A DNA stretch of 56,450 nucleotides. It comes from Octopus bimaculoides (Eukaryota). Below are positions 1-13,532 of the stretch, piece after piece (position 1 is the first letter of the stretch; the number at the start of each line of letters is the position of its first letter). The position numbers and the translations under genes were made by a program. Below the pieces are notes generated by a model. The model was given only the letters and a program-made list of their open reading frames with translations, was not told the origin of the DNA and did not search any database. The stretch covers positions 74,549,386 through 74,605,835 of the forward strand of contig NC_068989.1 in NCBI RefSeq assembly GCF_001194135.2, written 5' to 3'.

Positions 1-259
1 TGTGTGTGTGTGTGTGTGTGTATTATGTTTGTGTGTATGTATATGCATATATATATACGTATACATATGCACACACATTTAGTACATACATATATATACA
101 CATATTATATAGACACAAACATACATTCACTGATTTGCATACATATTTGCATATTTGTATATGCGTTGATACAAATAAACTCTCCTTTTTAGCACTAAAC
201 TTATATACGAGAGGATTTCTCTAGGCGAAGACAGCAGTAGTACACCTTTCTAACAACAC

Positions 260-560
260 ATTCATGTTCAATAGGTTATAAAGATTGCGATTCCATTCTT
301 ATATGCTTCCCTGCCGCATATTTCATTTTTACAGAGCCTGCTGGTTATTTGCGAGATCAGTGACCGAATACACACTGTTTTTTTTCCTATATATTTGTAG
401 CCGCTCAATTTGACTTGCGTGTAGTGACTGAATGCCTGCTTCTGAATAAGAACAAACACGCATAGATCACGCTATCTAGGTGTTCCGCAACCGGTGCTGG
501 ACAATTCTCGTTTTCTACCGATATTTCTTTACTTAAATGCCTATATAAGAAGATTTCTCT
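260..560 (-). mobile_element. Possible degraded PLE GIY-YIG fragment
   Basis: DSVIYAC... frameshifts into YKYIGKKT; weak similarity only. Confidence 0.3.
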
Positions 561-676
561 AGGCAGTACCATACTAATATGGTATTCTAACAATACATAC
601 ATTTTAAGTCGGATATATAAAAGTTGCAATTCGGTAGCAATACTGCTTCCATCGCTAATATTTAATGTACATATAA

Positions 677-890
677 AGCGGTGAGCTGGCAGTATGGTTA
701 ACGCGCTGGGCAAAGTGTGCAGCGAAATTTCGTCTACCCTTACGTTCTGAGTTCAAATTCTGCAGGGATCGGTTGTGCCTTTCCTCCATTAGGGCTCGAT
801 TAAACATGTACAGGTTAAACACTGGGCTTCATGTGATCGACTTACCCCATCAACCGAAGTTCCTGACCTTGTGACAAAATATGAAACCAT
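677..890 (+). mobile_element. SINE family A copy
   Basis: GCGGTGAGCTGGCAG...CGTTCTGAGTTCAAATTC...TTTC.TCC...CGAT; multi-copy in the window. Confidence 0.75.
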
Positions 891-1929
891 TATCTCATAT
901 ACATATGTGAGTACAAATACATGCATTTAAATACACACGTTTTATAAGTATATATATATATATGTATATGTACGTGTATGTATGTGTATATATATATACA
1001 CACACGTATATATGTATACATACATATGTATAGATAGATAGATAGATATACGTATGATGTGTAGGTGTGCGCACATTTTCGTATTTCTCTACACACTCTG
1101 ATAAGCAGTGTTCGTTTGTTTACGTCCTCACTGTATTATGTATGTATGTATGTACGTATTTACGTATCAATGTATGTATTTATGTACGTATTTATGAATG
1201 TATTTATGTATGTATGTTTATATGTATGCATGTTGGTAGGCACGTACGCACACACGCAGACAATCAGCCAGGCATGAATTGCGTGTGTATGGATATACAT
1301 GTTGATATACATATATGTATACATATACATACATATATATATGTTCACTGATCACAAAATAGCCAAACAGTGTTTGTAAATTGTAAATTTGACGCGTAGA
1401 CAATTAGTACGTTCTACAATTTAAATTTTTTCCTCAAAACACAGCAGAAAATTAGATAATTTTTCTTTTAAATTCTTGTTTAGTATTTAAAGTTTCAAAA
1501 ACATATCTTAAAATTCCAAGAAGTGTATTAGATTTCTTTTATTTGGAAGTTTACATGGAGTTCCATTTCATGCTTAAATCAAAAGTTCTGCGTAGGAAGT
1601 AGTAGGTTACAGCTTGGATAACGAGATTATTTTTTTTTTTAATTCTTTTGTGTAAAATAAGACTTCAAACAAAAAGTATTTCCATGCTGATGAGGGTATT
1701 AATAATCTAATTACTACTCTGTAAAGCAGTAGCAACTAGAGACTATTCTCAGCCTGTCTATCTCTCTCGCTCTCGCTTTCCCCCTCTCTCTCTCTCTCTA
1801 TACGTATATATATATACATAAATATATATGCATATATATATGTATGTATATACATATATACATATATAGACATATTGTAATTTTATATACATACGTACAT
1901 TCCTTGCCCTTATTCTTGTATATACGTAC

Positions 1930-1966
<37 letters not shown>

Positions 1967-3668
1967 CATATTGTATTATATATATGTATGTAAATATATA
2001 TATATNNNNNNNNNNNNNNNNNNNNNNNNNNNNNNNNNNNNNNNNNNNNNNNNNNNNNNNNNNNNNNNNNNNNNNNNNNNNNNNNNNNNNNNNNNNNNNN
2101 NNNNNNNNNNNNNNNNNNNNNNNATATATATTCATATTTAGCAGGACTAACAGAGAGACTCAAGGTCCGACAGGTTCGTGCGTTGGCAATAATCAAACTA
2201 GTTACAGGTCGAGGACCTGTTTGTTTATATGGTTGATGATAAATATATTTCCCTCTAGATTTTAAAATTCTAGATCAGATTTTAAAATCATAATGATGTC
2301 ACGTGCGTAATTCAAATAGTTTGCCCGTTATGTTGTTCAATAAGCGAATACATAGATAAATAAATAAGGAAAGAAATAAAGAGAGAAAAAAGAAAGAAAT
2401 CGTGTGCGTATCATCACGCACGCACACACATTGTAATATATTTTCTTTAAGTATGATACACAGAATACTATTTTGAATTAATACCGCTTCCGTCACAAAT
2501 TTTTGTGAAATCTCTGGCTAATTACGACTGCAGAGCTTTGATAATCAGTGATTATCTATATCAGTAGTGGCTACATTTGTCTTAGCACGTGCTTGTTAGT
2601 GGATGCTTACACTGACGAGGCTCGAGAAAAGCAGAAATACGTAGTTAGCAATTCCACCATTGCTATTAGGTATTTGTTACTGGTCCGCTTTCACATGATG
2701 AATGTCGTAGTTTCTAGGTTTGCAACACCATATTTGCTTTATGTATGGTATACAAAATGCAGCACACACACTCGCATATATATGTGTGTGTGTATGTGTG
2801 TGTATCGGTGTATTTGTGTATATATGCGTGTGTATGTGTGTACGTGTGTGTGTATGTACGTATGTATCTATGTCCTTATTCAGTTTTATTTTAAGATTTC
2901 TTGCCAAAAGAGAAAGGGCCGGTTTCTAATCTAGATCCAAGGCTCCTTCATTGAAATTTCAACAGTGATATCTTGAATGTGTCGAAAAATATCAAGATTT
3001 ATGGTTGCATCTCTTTATGCGAGTATTTAAAATCCTATAAAGATCAAGCTGACCAATCAACTTTTCAGGGTCGTTAAAATAGACACCAATCAATTTAGTG
3101 TATTGATTTAGTATATTGTGCCACATGTTTAGGCCATTTATGTTCCAACTTTGCATGCAACAACGCTGATCCGAAGCTCTACTGAGCGTTACCTTTTCCC
3201 TGAGTATTTAAGCTAGCACGGAGAGGAGAAAAAATTGAATATACAACTGCTTATCTTCCATAAAAAAAAGCCTTGCACTGGCCGCTCTCCCCTATCTGTA
3301 GGGAAACTGCCTAGGTGTACATATGTTATCAACCTTGCGCAACGAAGATTTTAGATAGCTAAAAACTAATGTAAATATAGACTAAAAGAACGTTTGTATT
3401 CTGAAATGTGTCCTGAAAAATTAACTATATATTGATTAGTTAATAAACATACATCAACTGGAAGAGACCAGCTGTTTATTACTAAAGCCAGTAAACAAAC
3501 AAGCTCTTTCATAACTGAAAAAACATTTTCGAAAAAGAAATAAATCTTTGAAATATTAATTTGACAGAAATATATTTTCTAAACTGTAAATATATTCATT
3601 ATGTCTCTAGCAGTGTTTTTTGTTGCTTTTTCAGCTGATATTCGTTTTCAACGACCGCGTTTATTAGA

Positions 3669-3713
<45 letters not shown>

Positions 3714-5440
3714 AGATTATGTACTATACCGCTGTAAAGAAATCAGCAATCGTATGAAATTAATAGAGTTTATTTTAGTTAGCAGTGGCGATAAATATTC
3801 CAGCTCCAGGAAAAAATTATTTTGATGGCCTTATGTTGTATTCAAAGGGGTTAAAGCTGTGGGTACCGGAAACACCCTGAGAAGAAAGGAAATCATTTTA
3901 TCTTTTATAAGATTTCCTAACATAGACACGCTCACAAATGTTAGACAAAATGCGTTATACCACATGTTTCAGCCGCTTACGTTGCAAGTTGGCATCCAGC
4001 AACATTGTGCCAAAGCTTCATCGAGACTTGCTTTTTCCTTGGATGACAACGTTGTTGGAAAGCGGAGAAAAGGTGCTGCATTGCTATTAATGATCTCCCG
4101 ACAAGTACAATTACAGGTCGATTAGATTGATTTCAGCATTTCATTGGTAGATTTTATCGCACCCAAAGCGAAGAAAGGCGCACTAAATAAACACTGCTGC
4201 AATTTTGTCGTAAGTTCTGCCGATTCTACCAAATCAAACAGTGGCTCCAGTTTTGGAATAACAATTGCTAAAGTTCCAGCACCGACTGAAGTTATAATGG
4301 AGGCTATATTCAATAATATTATACTTCAATGTATTCTGAAGGCTTATTTCGTTGGCTAATAGAGAATGCAACACAAACTCGTACACAATGGAATTTGAAT
4401 TCACAGTTTAAAGGGATATACACATTAACACTATGCATGTTTTCTGTTGCTTCAATAATTCTCTCTTATCTCACCTTTTGCAATCTTATCCCTAAAAGGA
4501 TAATGCGGCAAAATGGCAGAGTTTTTGTGTGCAGGACAGAATAAATCGCGATATCTTTGTCGACTCTGTGCTTTGCGTTCATATTTGGTCGAGTTCAACT
4601 TTGCCTTTCAACTTTTGAGGATCGATGCAAATGTAACAGTTCAGGACAGAAGATTGGCAAAGATTTTAGATCGTCGAATAGGATACTTTGGGGTATATGT
4701 CCTGCTCTGTGCATTCTGAGATCAAATCCCAACCAGCCACCGAAATACGTGGATAATTCTACAAGGAGATGCAACCGAATAATAGCATCAGCAATTTTGA
4801 AAGCAAATAGGAGTATGATTTTTTGATTTTACTGCTTGCAGCACCATCACCATCCTTAAAATGTCGTGTGAGAATATTATTTATATTCTAAGACAAAACG
4901 TTTTTAAATAATACATTTTATTTCTTCTGTTAAATCCAGTAGGGAGAGAAAGGTATGAACACCACGATTTCCTATGAAATTTCTTTACTTACAATCAGTT
5001 TATGTCAAATAAACCAATACTTGTAAATATTCAACTTTTTTTCTACTTCTTTTTAGATTTTATTTCAAACTGTTTTATCACATTTTTAGAGCTTGATAAG
5101 AACTGCTATTTAAAAAATTACTTCACTCCTTCCCCGAAATATGCGATTTATCTGTTCTTTGTCAATTTAAATATGAAATATTTATCGATAAATGACACTT
5201 TTCATTCAAAATATATTTGGTATGGGTTTATTTTATTAATTCTTTACACAGGGAATTATTCCTGCAGCGACAAAAAGAGAATCAAAAAACATTGAAGTTG
5301 TATTTAAGAGAGAATACAAAATATATTTTGACAGATGCCTTCTAAACTTGGTAATAATGTGTTAGAGAGCTTTCAATATCAGAAGAAAATTAACACTGAA
5401 AATGAGTGTATATGTATATATACCTGTGTGTGTGTATGTG

Positions 5441-5519
<79 letters not shown>

Positions 5520-5847
5520 GTATGTACGATGGTTGTTGTATTACAACGCAGTATTTAATCGCTTTCTTAAATCAGAATGATTCACTACGAGTGCATTTGC
5601 GTGTGTGTGTCTATCTAAAGCTATTATGCGCAGAATCCGGTTTGTGTTTCATGGTGCTAAAACGGATGACAGACAATAGCTCTATCTATGTATGCTAACA
5701 TACCTAGAAGATGTATCGCTCATGCCTGCTACTGCTATGACATTTAACTTTATCTCAAGACAGCGATCTTGCAGACAAATAAATTTTTTCCCTCGGATAT
5801 TCCGTATCGGCTGCAAGTACATTTTTCGTAATTATTCACTCACAGTA

Positions 5848-6030
5848 AGGCAGCTGACTGGCAGAGTCATTATTAGCACGCCGGGAAAAAAGTGTTTAGC
5901 AACATTTCGTCTGTCTTTACGTTCTGAGTTCAAATTCCGCCAAGGTCGACTTTGCTTTTCATCCGTTCGAGGTTGATGAAATATATACCAGTTACGCACT
6001 GGTGTTGTTGTAATCGTCTAACCACTTCTC
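5848..6030 (+). mobile_element. SINE family A copy
   Basis: TTAGCACGCCGGG...TTTACGTTCTGAGTTCAAATTCCGCCAAGGTCGACTTTGC. Confidence 0.8.
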
Positions 6031-6354
6031 CCAAAAATTCAGTTCTTTTGCCTCTCATAGAAAGGATTTTTCTTTCTTTCTCTCTCTCCCTCCCTCTTTC
6101 TGTCTACATAAACACTTAAATACACATAGGAATGTATTAATTTCGTATGTATGTGTGCATACACGCATACATACACACACAAGCATATATATGTATATAT
6201 ATATATGTANNNNNNNNNNNNNNNNNNNNNNNNNNNNNNNNNNNNNNNNNNNNNNNNNNNTATATATGAATATATTAATGTACGTACGTGTGCATAAACA
6301 CCCACATTTACACACACACACATACATATATATATATACATATGTATGTGTAAG

Positions 6355-6720
6355 AAAAATATAGGTTTCAGTAGAACAATTCAAACTTTTCGAGGAGTTC
6401 AAAAAGAGAGAATATAATTTCTAATAAAAATTCATCATATTCAGAAATATTCTGCCAGAACAAGCAATAAGAATATGAAAATAACAATTGAAAAAGTTCG
6501 CTATAAGTATAAAGATACAATATGTTAAAAAATCAAAATTAGATTTAATAAGTACATACGAACGTTTCAAAAGGCAATACAAATATGTCAGAAAAAATTA
6601 TAATAATAATAATTATAATTAAAGTTATGTATTGTCATTCTTGTCAGTGTGAATTGTTCAAGGGAAAAAACATCCAAGAAAGTTATTACTAAAAATCAAG
6701 AAGGAAAAACAAATGGGGTA
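6355..6720 (+). mobile_element. Possible degraded PLE GIY-YIG fragment
   Basis: KNIGFSRTIQTFRG... and a downstream CHSCQC in N/K-rich, stop-ridden frames. Confidence 0.25.
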
Positions 6721-6791
6721 ATAGGGAAAATTTAACTGGATATTTACAAATAAATTGTAAATATCCAGAGATATTTACAAGAAACGAAAAA

Positions 6792-6846
<55 letters not shown>

Positions 6847-6859
6847 TGGAAAACTAGGC

Positions 6860-7082
6860 ATAGTAGGTCCAATAAGAATTATCTGGAGGTTTCTCAATAC
6901 AAAAGAAAAAACGAACATGAAAAGTAATCTTTTATATAGAAAGTAGAAAATGCTGCTCATCCTCAAACCCGGGTTGCGGTTCAACAGAAAGAATTAGTAA
7001 ACTGAGCACAACATCGATGCCGAGAAACAAAAACAAAAACGACATAAACAACAATAACAACAACAACAACATAATAATAATA

Positions 7083-7113
<31 letters not shown>

Positions 7114-7125
7114 TAATAATGATAA
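6860..7125 (+). mobile_element. Probable 3' end of a restriction-endonuclease-type (R4/Dong-like) non-LTR element with (AAC)/(AAT)n tail
   Basis: Weak LGIVGPIRII..FL and AAHIL-like remnants directly followed by an (AAC)n(AAT)n tail. Confidence 0.35.
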
Positions 7126-7132
7126 TTTCTAC

Positions 7133-7500
7133 TATAGGCACAAGCCGAGCAAGAGTAAGTTAATTACATCGGCCCCAGTGCTCAGCTAGTACGTATTTGA
7201 TCTGTTTCAAAAGGTGAAAGGCAGAATTTGAACTCAGAACATAAAGACAGATAAATGCAGGTCAGCAAAGGATTTTCCCTCCTTGTCTTTAATTCTGATT
7301 CACATTTTGGCAGAAGGCCAGTAATTGTGTTTGGATAGGGTATTAATCGATTGCATTAGCCTCAGCGGTTAACAGATGCTATTTTATCAACTCTGGACTA
7401 ATGAATTGTAAAGTTGACCTCGGGGTCATTTGAGCTCCGAATGTAATGACTTGGAAGAAACACTGCAAAGCATTATTTCCAGCGCGTTAACGATTCTGGC
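7133..7500 (-). mobile_element. Two adjacent degraded SINE family A copies
   Basis: Reverse-strand GAAAGGC...GAATTTGAACTCAGAAC twice (about 7133-7260 and 7300-7500). Confidence 0.65.
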
Positions 7501-7519
7501 AATAATAATAATAATAATT

Positions 7520-8010
7520 GCTATGATGCAATACCGGTCAGTGGCTCTCATGGCTTCTGATCTTAACTGATTGGAAGTGTTATCATGTACAAGTTTTGTC
7601 TTGGTGTAAAAGATGGGATACAGCAAATATTCTTCTCCATACCACAGATTTGTTTGTCAGTTATTTGACCTTAACCAGTTGAGCATGTCCCTTAGTGACT
7701 GACGATATGCACATCTCTGGTCACGAGCAGAAGCAGTGGGAAAGCATCATAGCTATATGTTGAGAGGAATTCTTTGGGGTTTGAAGAATTCACCTTTGGA
7801 AACATGGGTGTTTCATTCAACATTATTTAACAACCCTTGTTCAGAGCTCTTCTGATGGGCTACTCGACCTGAAGAAAATTCTAACTGGGCCCCCACCTGC
7901 AAGGTCATGCGTTGTGTCTCTTGAAATTAAATCCCCATGTCGCGCACATGTGGTTGTGATGCATGTGCCTGGTGTACCCTTATCAGACGGGTTGTCATGA
8001 TGTGTATACT
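7520..8010. repeat. Interspersed repeat of unknown class
   Basis: Single copy in this window. Recognised only from memory as a common octopus repeat (AACACTTCCAATCAGTTAAGATCAGAAGCCATGAGAG on the minus strand). Confidence 0.45.
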
Positions 8011-8605
8011 GGGCAATAATGATTAGTTATGATGGCGATGATGTAATAATGCATTGCGTGAGAAGCACAATGTTGCATTAAAATGTGCGGAAAATGTTTC
8101 CTTGGCCAATGTATAAGAATTATATTGATCAGCCTAAAATTTTGGATTTCAAACAAAATTTCAATATGGAGTTGTTGAATGCGATTTGCGATTGACATCG
8201 TACAATACAGAACTTAGGGGTTTTTTTTTTAAGTCTTTGGTAACAGAAGTGCAGTGTAAAAAGAAAAGTGCTTCCAGCGTAAACAAAATTAACTATAGTC
8301 TTCGGATTTGACTTGTATCCCATACTTTGAAAGAGTCTGCTAATTCCTTCCGGCCTTCCGTTAGTTGTATCAAAAGGCAGCAGAATAAAACCGACTGTTG
8401 ATTTAATTTTATTCTGTTAAGTTGAAGTGTTATCACACTCTAGAAACCAAAATATTCAGTTCAATTACGACGATATTACCAAAAATTCTTGTTGGAGACA
8501 TAAGAGGTGAATGTTAACAAAAACTGTATTGTCTATTTGCTTTGCGCATTCAATTCAACATTATCATCATCATCATAATCAGTCATAGTAGAAGTAGTAT
8601 GATAG

Positions 8606-8822
8606 TGGCGAGCCAGCAGAATCGTTATCGTATCGAAAAAGTTGCTTAGCTATATTTCTTTTCGACTCGATATGTTCTGAGTTCAAATTCCTTAGACGGC
8701 AACTTTGGCTTTCATTCCTTTTTGGGTTGAGAAAATACAGTATCAGGCAAGTACTGGTGTCGATGTAATCAACGTACCAGTTACCCTCAAATTTGCCGAC
8801 CTTGTGCCAAAACTAGAAACAA
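8606..8822 (+). mobile_element. SINE family A copy
   Basis: GGCGGAGCCAGCAGAATCGTTA...GTTCTGAGTTCAAATTC...CTGGTGTCGATGTAATC. Confidence 0.75.
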
Positions 8823-10233
8823 TTATTGTTGTTGTTGTCATTGGTATTGCTATTTCTTTTTTGTAAACTAACTTTGTCAAATCTTCTCTAAGTTACATAT
8901 CCCAAAGAAGAGATTTAACTCAACATTTTGTTACAAAATACTTTTCAGTTTTTGTAATATAAAATCGATCGTTCCTACCATGTGAGGGATGTAGGTACAC
9001 GTAAGTGGAATGAACAAATTAACAAGATATAACTATTCTAAACAGTATAGTTTTATTACCATTAAGTGATCTCTATAATTTTTTAGTAGTAATTATACGT
9101 CTTAAATATATCGTTTGGCTTGTGTGTGGAGCAAGTTATGTTGTCATGGAAGCCATTTCTTCCTGAGACATATTCGGAGCAAGAATTGAAGTCAGCAGCA
9201 CAGCAGAACTCAACGAACAGCATTCAAACAATTTAGCTATTTATTAGTTTCATACCCTCAGTAGTGAACATTCAATGATTCCAATGTGCAGCTTGGCGGA
9301 CAGGACCGTTTAATATTTAAGTTCTCTTTTTATATTGTTGTTGTTGTCTACGTCGTCGTTGTTGTTGTTTTTCATGAATCAAACTTCGATATGGACGAAA
9401 AGCGAAACGTGTACCTTCACTTGACATTCAAAAATCTTGTTGGTTTGTCAAACTCTAGCTGTTTAATTTTAAGAAAACTACGAAGAATTTAGATTCGGTT
9501 TATTTATTTCGGAAAGAGTTATAGATATTCACGTTGCTGAGAGAGAAAAAAAAATTAAATGCTAATTTAAAAACAGACACGGAGTTATCTTGCGTGTATT
9601 ATCAACCAAGCCATTTTTTCGCCTGAATTATGTTTGTAATTGACAATGGCAAAAATTTCCCTTTGTCTGTTAGTAAGCGTGCAGATTCATGTTAAACGAA
9701 TAGTTAGTTGCAATTAAAAAAATGTTGAAGCTGTGTTTGACAGTACTAAACAATGACTACTGTATTTTTTATAAGCTCAACTTAGATGACAAAGAAACAA
9801 GAATATTTTGTGTACAATTGTAGTCAATTACGAGAAGAGAAATAGAATGCAATGAAATGGAAACAAGTAAATGAAGTTTTCTCTGATATATTAACTCTTT
9901 AGAATAGTTTTGGTAATATTGATGGCTAGAGTTCCTGGTTGGTAGAGTTAGAGTATCTGACCATAACTGAGTTTAGTTCCTCTCGTTGGCTAATGCCATT
10001 GATAAAGCACGAGTATCACAGCCTGCTATATATACTCTGTATTATATCCACATGGTAATATTGTTGCTAACTGAATTTACAGTACACAATAAAACGTATA
10101 CAGTTAAAATTACAGAGGTAATCACGATAAACAAGAATCATTCGAGACGCCAGTCAAAATTCCTTCTTCAATAAAACATATACACAGTCTCACAAAAACA
10201 CATGCATGTACACATACACACATATAGACATTA

Positions 10234-10272
<39 letters not shown>

Positions 10273-11656
10273 CTGAGTAAATTTGTATATAGTGTTAATA
10301 ATTTTGTATAATTATGTGTTAGCGGCTGCACTTAAACGAAATGTATTAAATTCATTTAGACTGACCCATGCATATAAAACTAACGATATTACACGCTAAT
10401 ACAGAATGAAGAAATAACGTGAGCACAAATTTTAGTCTTTTTTATGTTAAATAATGGAAGAAAGAATCTGCTGGAAAGAAAGTGAAGTTAATGGAATAGA
10501 CGAAATACACACGCAATTCAAAAACAGCTATTTTTAGAAAAACTAGTCGATACCGTCCACTAAATTCTACAATGAATCAGTAATACGCATTGATTATATT
10601 TTTGAGTAGTCGTGTATACATGCGTACGCACGCGTGTGTATGTGTGAGTGTATACTCGTGATGTTGAATAATATTGATTTTTAATTTTTTTAATTTGTTT
10701 TTAGGCATGAGGTCATAGATTTTGTAAAAGAAAGAAATGAGATTGTGAGAGGGTCATGCGTTTCTTAATTTCTTACACGTTATTAAGGATGATATTGGTA
10801 TGAAATTAGTTTTATTTTGCATAGATAACTTGTAAACTCTGATCGGTGGAAGCCTACATTTACTCTTTCTCTCCAACCGGAAATTGAAATCGTATCTCGA
10901 GGCACTAGCCATGCTTTCTGCTGGATGTTATTGATTTCTAAATCTGGCACAGGACCACAATTTGTTAAGTAAGTTGTATCATCGATTGAATCGAACAAAA
11001 GCTATAATAATACTGCTGCATGTTTTATTAAGCCGACTAAAAGGAAATTCATAATCAACCCAACCCTGATATGACGTAACTAAAAACAGTAAGGTAGTTT
11101 AAATACGCCAGTCTACCGTTCTACTTTCAGTTGATTGCAAAAGGCGCTAGAAAGGCAGCCAAATTTTGCTTAAATTATACCCTACTACTTTAGAATAGAA
11201 AACACTTCATAATATGGTCAGTGGTGGGTACAATTTGCACACGAAACTGACAGAATGGTCACGGTATTTACGCGTCGGCTTCTATATCTAATCTATCAAG
11301 GTTGACTCGGAGATAATCTGCTGCTAGAACAAAACACCAAGTCAATATTTTTTCACGGAATAATTGCATCGAATAGCTAGTGTTTTTGAGTGTTATGCTT
11401 TCAATAATAAGTGCGGTACCTCTACGCTTTGAGTTCAAATCACTCCAGCGTTGAATTTACTTTACTTTATATGCTGGTCGAAAGGTAACTATCGATATTT
11501 AATTAAGCCGTTTCAAGCTCTCATACATCTTGTCTTGTATGGATGTGAAACGAGCCGTAGTAAAAGTGTTTAGTTCATATATTTATTATGTAATATAGAA
11601 GTCGGGAAGCTGAATGACGTTGGTTGCAGTTTCCAGCCGAGTTAGTTCTTCGACTT

Positions 11657-11976
11657 GAAAGCGCATGGCTTAGTGGTTGGGGCATTCGGCTCATGATCGT
11701 AAAGTCGTGAGTTCAATTCCCGGCGACGCGTCGTGTCTTTGAACAAGATACTTTATTCCATGTTCCTCCAGTCCACTCAGCTGACAAAATGAATAGAACG
11801 TGTATTTCAAAGGGCCAGCCTTGTCACACTCTGTGTCACGCTGAAGTTCCCAGTGAACTGCGTTAAGGGTACGCGTGTCTGTGGAGTGCTCAGCCACATG
11901 CACGTTGATTACACGATCAAGCTGTTAGTTGTTCGGATCAACCGGAACCCTCGTCGTCGTGACCGACGTAGTGCCA
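11657..11976 (+). mobile_element. SINE with a different tRNA head and core but the family B 3' half
   Basis: Head GAAAGCGCATGGCTTAGTGGTT...GAGTTCAATTCCC. From TTCAAAGGGCCAGCCTTGTCACAC onward it matches family B. Confidence 0.85.
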
Positions 11977-12495
11977 TTTAATTTTTTTTTTTTTTCGATT
12001 TAGTTCTTCGATTTATCCTGTTTCTTACAGAAACTCTGACAGCTGAGTGGCAATGAATTTTCGGTTTCTCGTCAGTGTTTGTATCCATACAGACAGACAG
12101 ACAGATATATAGATAGAGATAAATAGAGATAAATAGAGAGATTTCATCGTCGTCGCGCAACCAGAAGCACACCAAAGTCACTGAAAGTGAAAGTATTGCT
12201 TATTGTGTTCATTGGTTTGAAGGGCAACTTTCCTCAATAGTTTGCTCCACGCTTTCAGCGAACATTTAAGAGTTTTCCCAGTATCTTCTCATGCATTTTG
12301 TGAGACTGGGTGCGAAAGAAGAAACGTTGTACAATCAAAGAAAGCCTCGTTAATGCACCACTCTTTCCACGTTACGTTTTTTGGTAAAGTACATCACTAC
12401 TCACACCGGTCTTGCAAAATGTATGTCGTATAACTTTCCACTATGCTTTATTCACTCACCTATTTGTACAAGTCATACACTTAAGGTTGAAAAGT

Positions 12496-12870
12496 GAAGG
12501 CGCATGACACAGTGGTTAGAGTGTCGAGCTTATGATCGTGGGATTGTGAGTTCGATTCCCAAGCCGGGCTCCGTGTTGTTCTTGAGCCAGACACTTTATT
12601 TCACGTTGCACCAGTTCACTCAGCTGTAGAAATGAGTTTCGACGTCACTGGTGCCAAGTTGTATCGGCCTTTGCCTTTTCTATGGATAATATCGGTGGCG
12701 TGCAGAGGGGAGGCTGGTATGCGTGGGCGACTGTTGGTCTTCCATAAAAAACAACCTCAGGTTGTGCGTTCGCCGGCGAGGCAACTTTTCGCCCAGACTT
12801 GTACTCCGGAGGGGAGCCTCTAAGGTGCACCCATGGTCATTCGTGACCGACGGAGTCGAGTTTCTTACAC
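12496..12870 (+). mobile_element. SINE sharing head and core with 11657 but with a different 3' body
   Basis: Head GAAGGCGCATGACACAGTGG...GAGTTCGATTCCC, core CAGTTCACTCAGCTG, end CGTGACCGACGGAGTC. Confidence 0.8.
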
Positions 12871-13486
12871 GTAAGGCTGAAAAATAAGAGGGAGGGGTGA
12901 GGGAAGGGTGAGGGAGGGGTGGATGTAGTGGCATCGGTTGGAACAGAATGAAAGAGTGAGTGCAGTTTATGTTGTTTAGTGCGACCGAGGAATTTGTCAC
13001 TCAGTTTAATATCACCGCATAACTCCTAGGCTAAACAATGGCTTTGCAGGCATTCGAGCAAGATCGTCGGTCCGCGTATAATCCCCTCCTTCACAGGCAA
13101 AAATAGACCGTGACTGCTACGTTCCACTTCTGCAAAAATAATCTTAAGCAGCAGGAAGTATGCTTCATAGGAATCAAATCAGCCAGCGTGTTTCAAGCCT
13201 CGATTAAATTTAAATTTCATTTTATTTCTGGAAATTCCCATTAATATTATATTTCTTCAACTAGATCGCGTCCCTTTCATCTTGCCAAGTCGAAAGAAAT
13301 CAATATATTTTGAGCGGAGTTTGTGACATCATTTTGATTCATGTTTGAAAAATGCCCTCTTACCTGAAGATTAAGATCAATGGAAAACAAGATAAATCAC
13401 AAACATAATAACGTGTCATTTCCTTTCATTTAAAAATATTAAGCATCATACTATGTGAGGTGTAAAACAAAACCAATACGTTAAGG

Positions 13487-13532
<46 letters not shown>

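Noticed and set aside
4-2934. ORF-track proteins rich in YIYI, CVCV or HTHT here and throughout the window
   Set aside because: They are translations of (TA)n and (TG)n microsatellites.
13000-13110. TCAGTT initiator-like motif and a good-context ATG (13038) as the first exon of a plus-strand gene
   Set aside because: The frame closes after 22 codons, with no GT donor and no downstream exons found.
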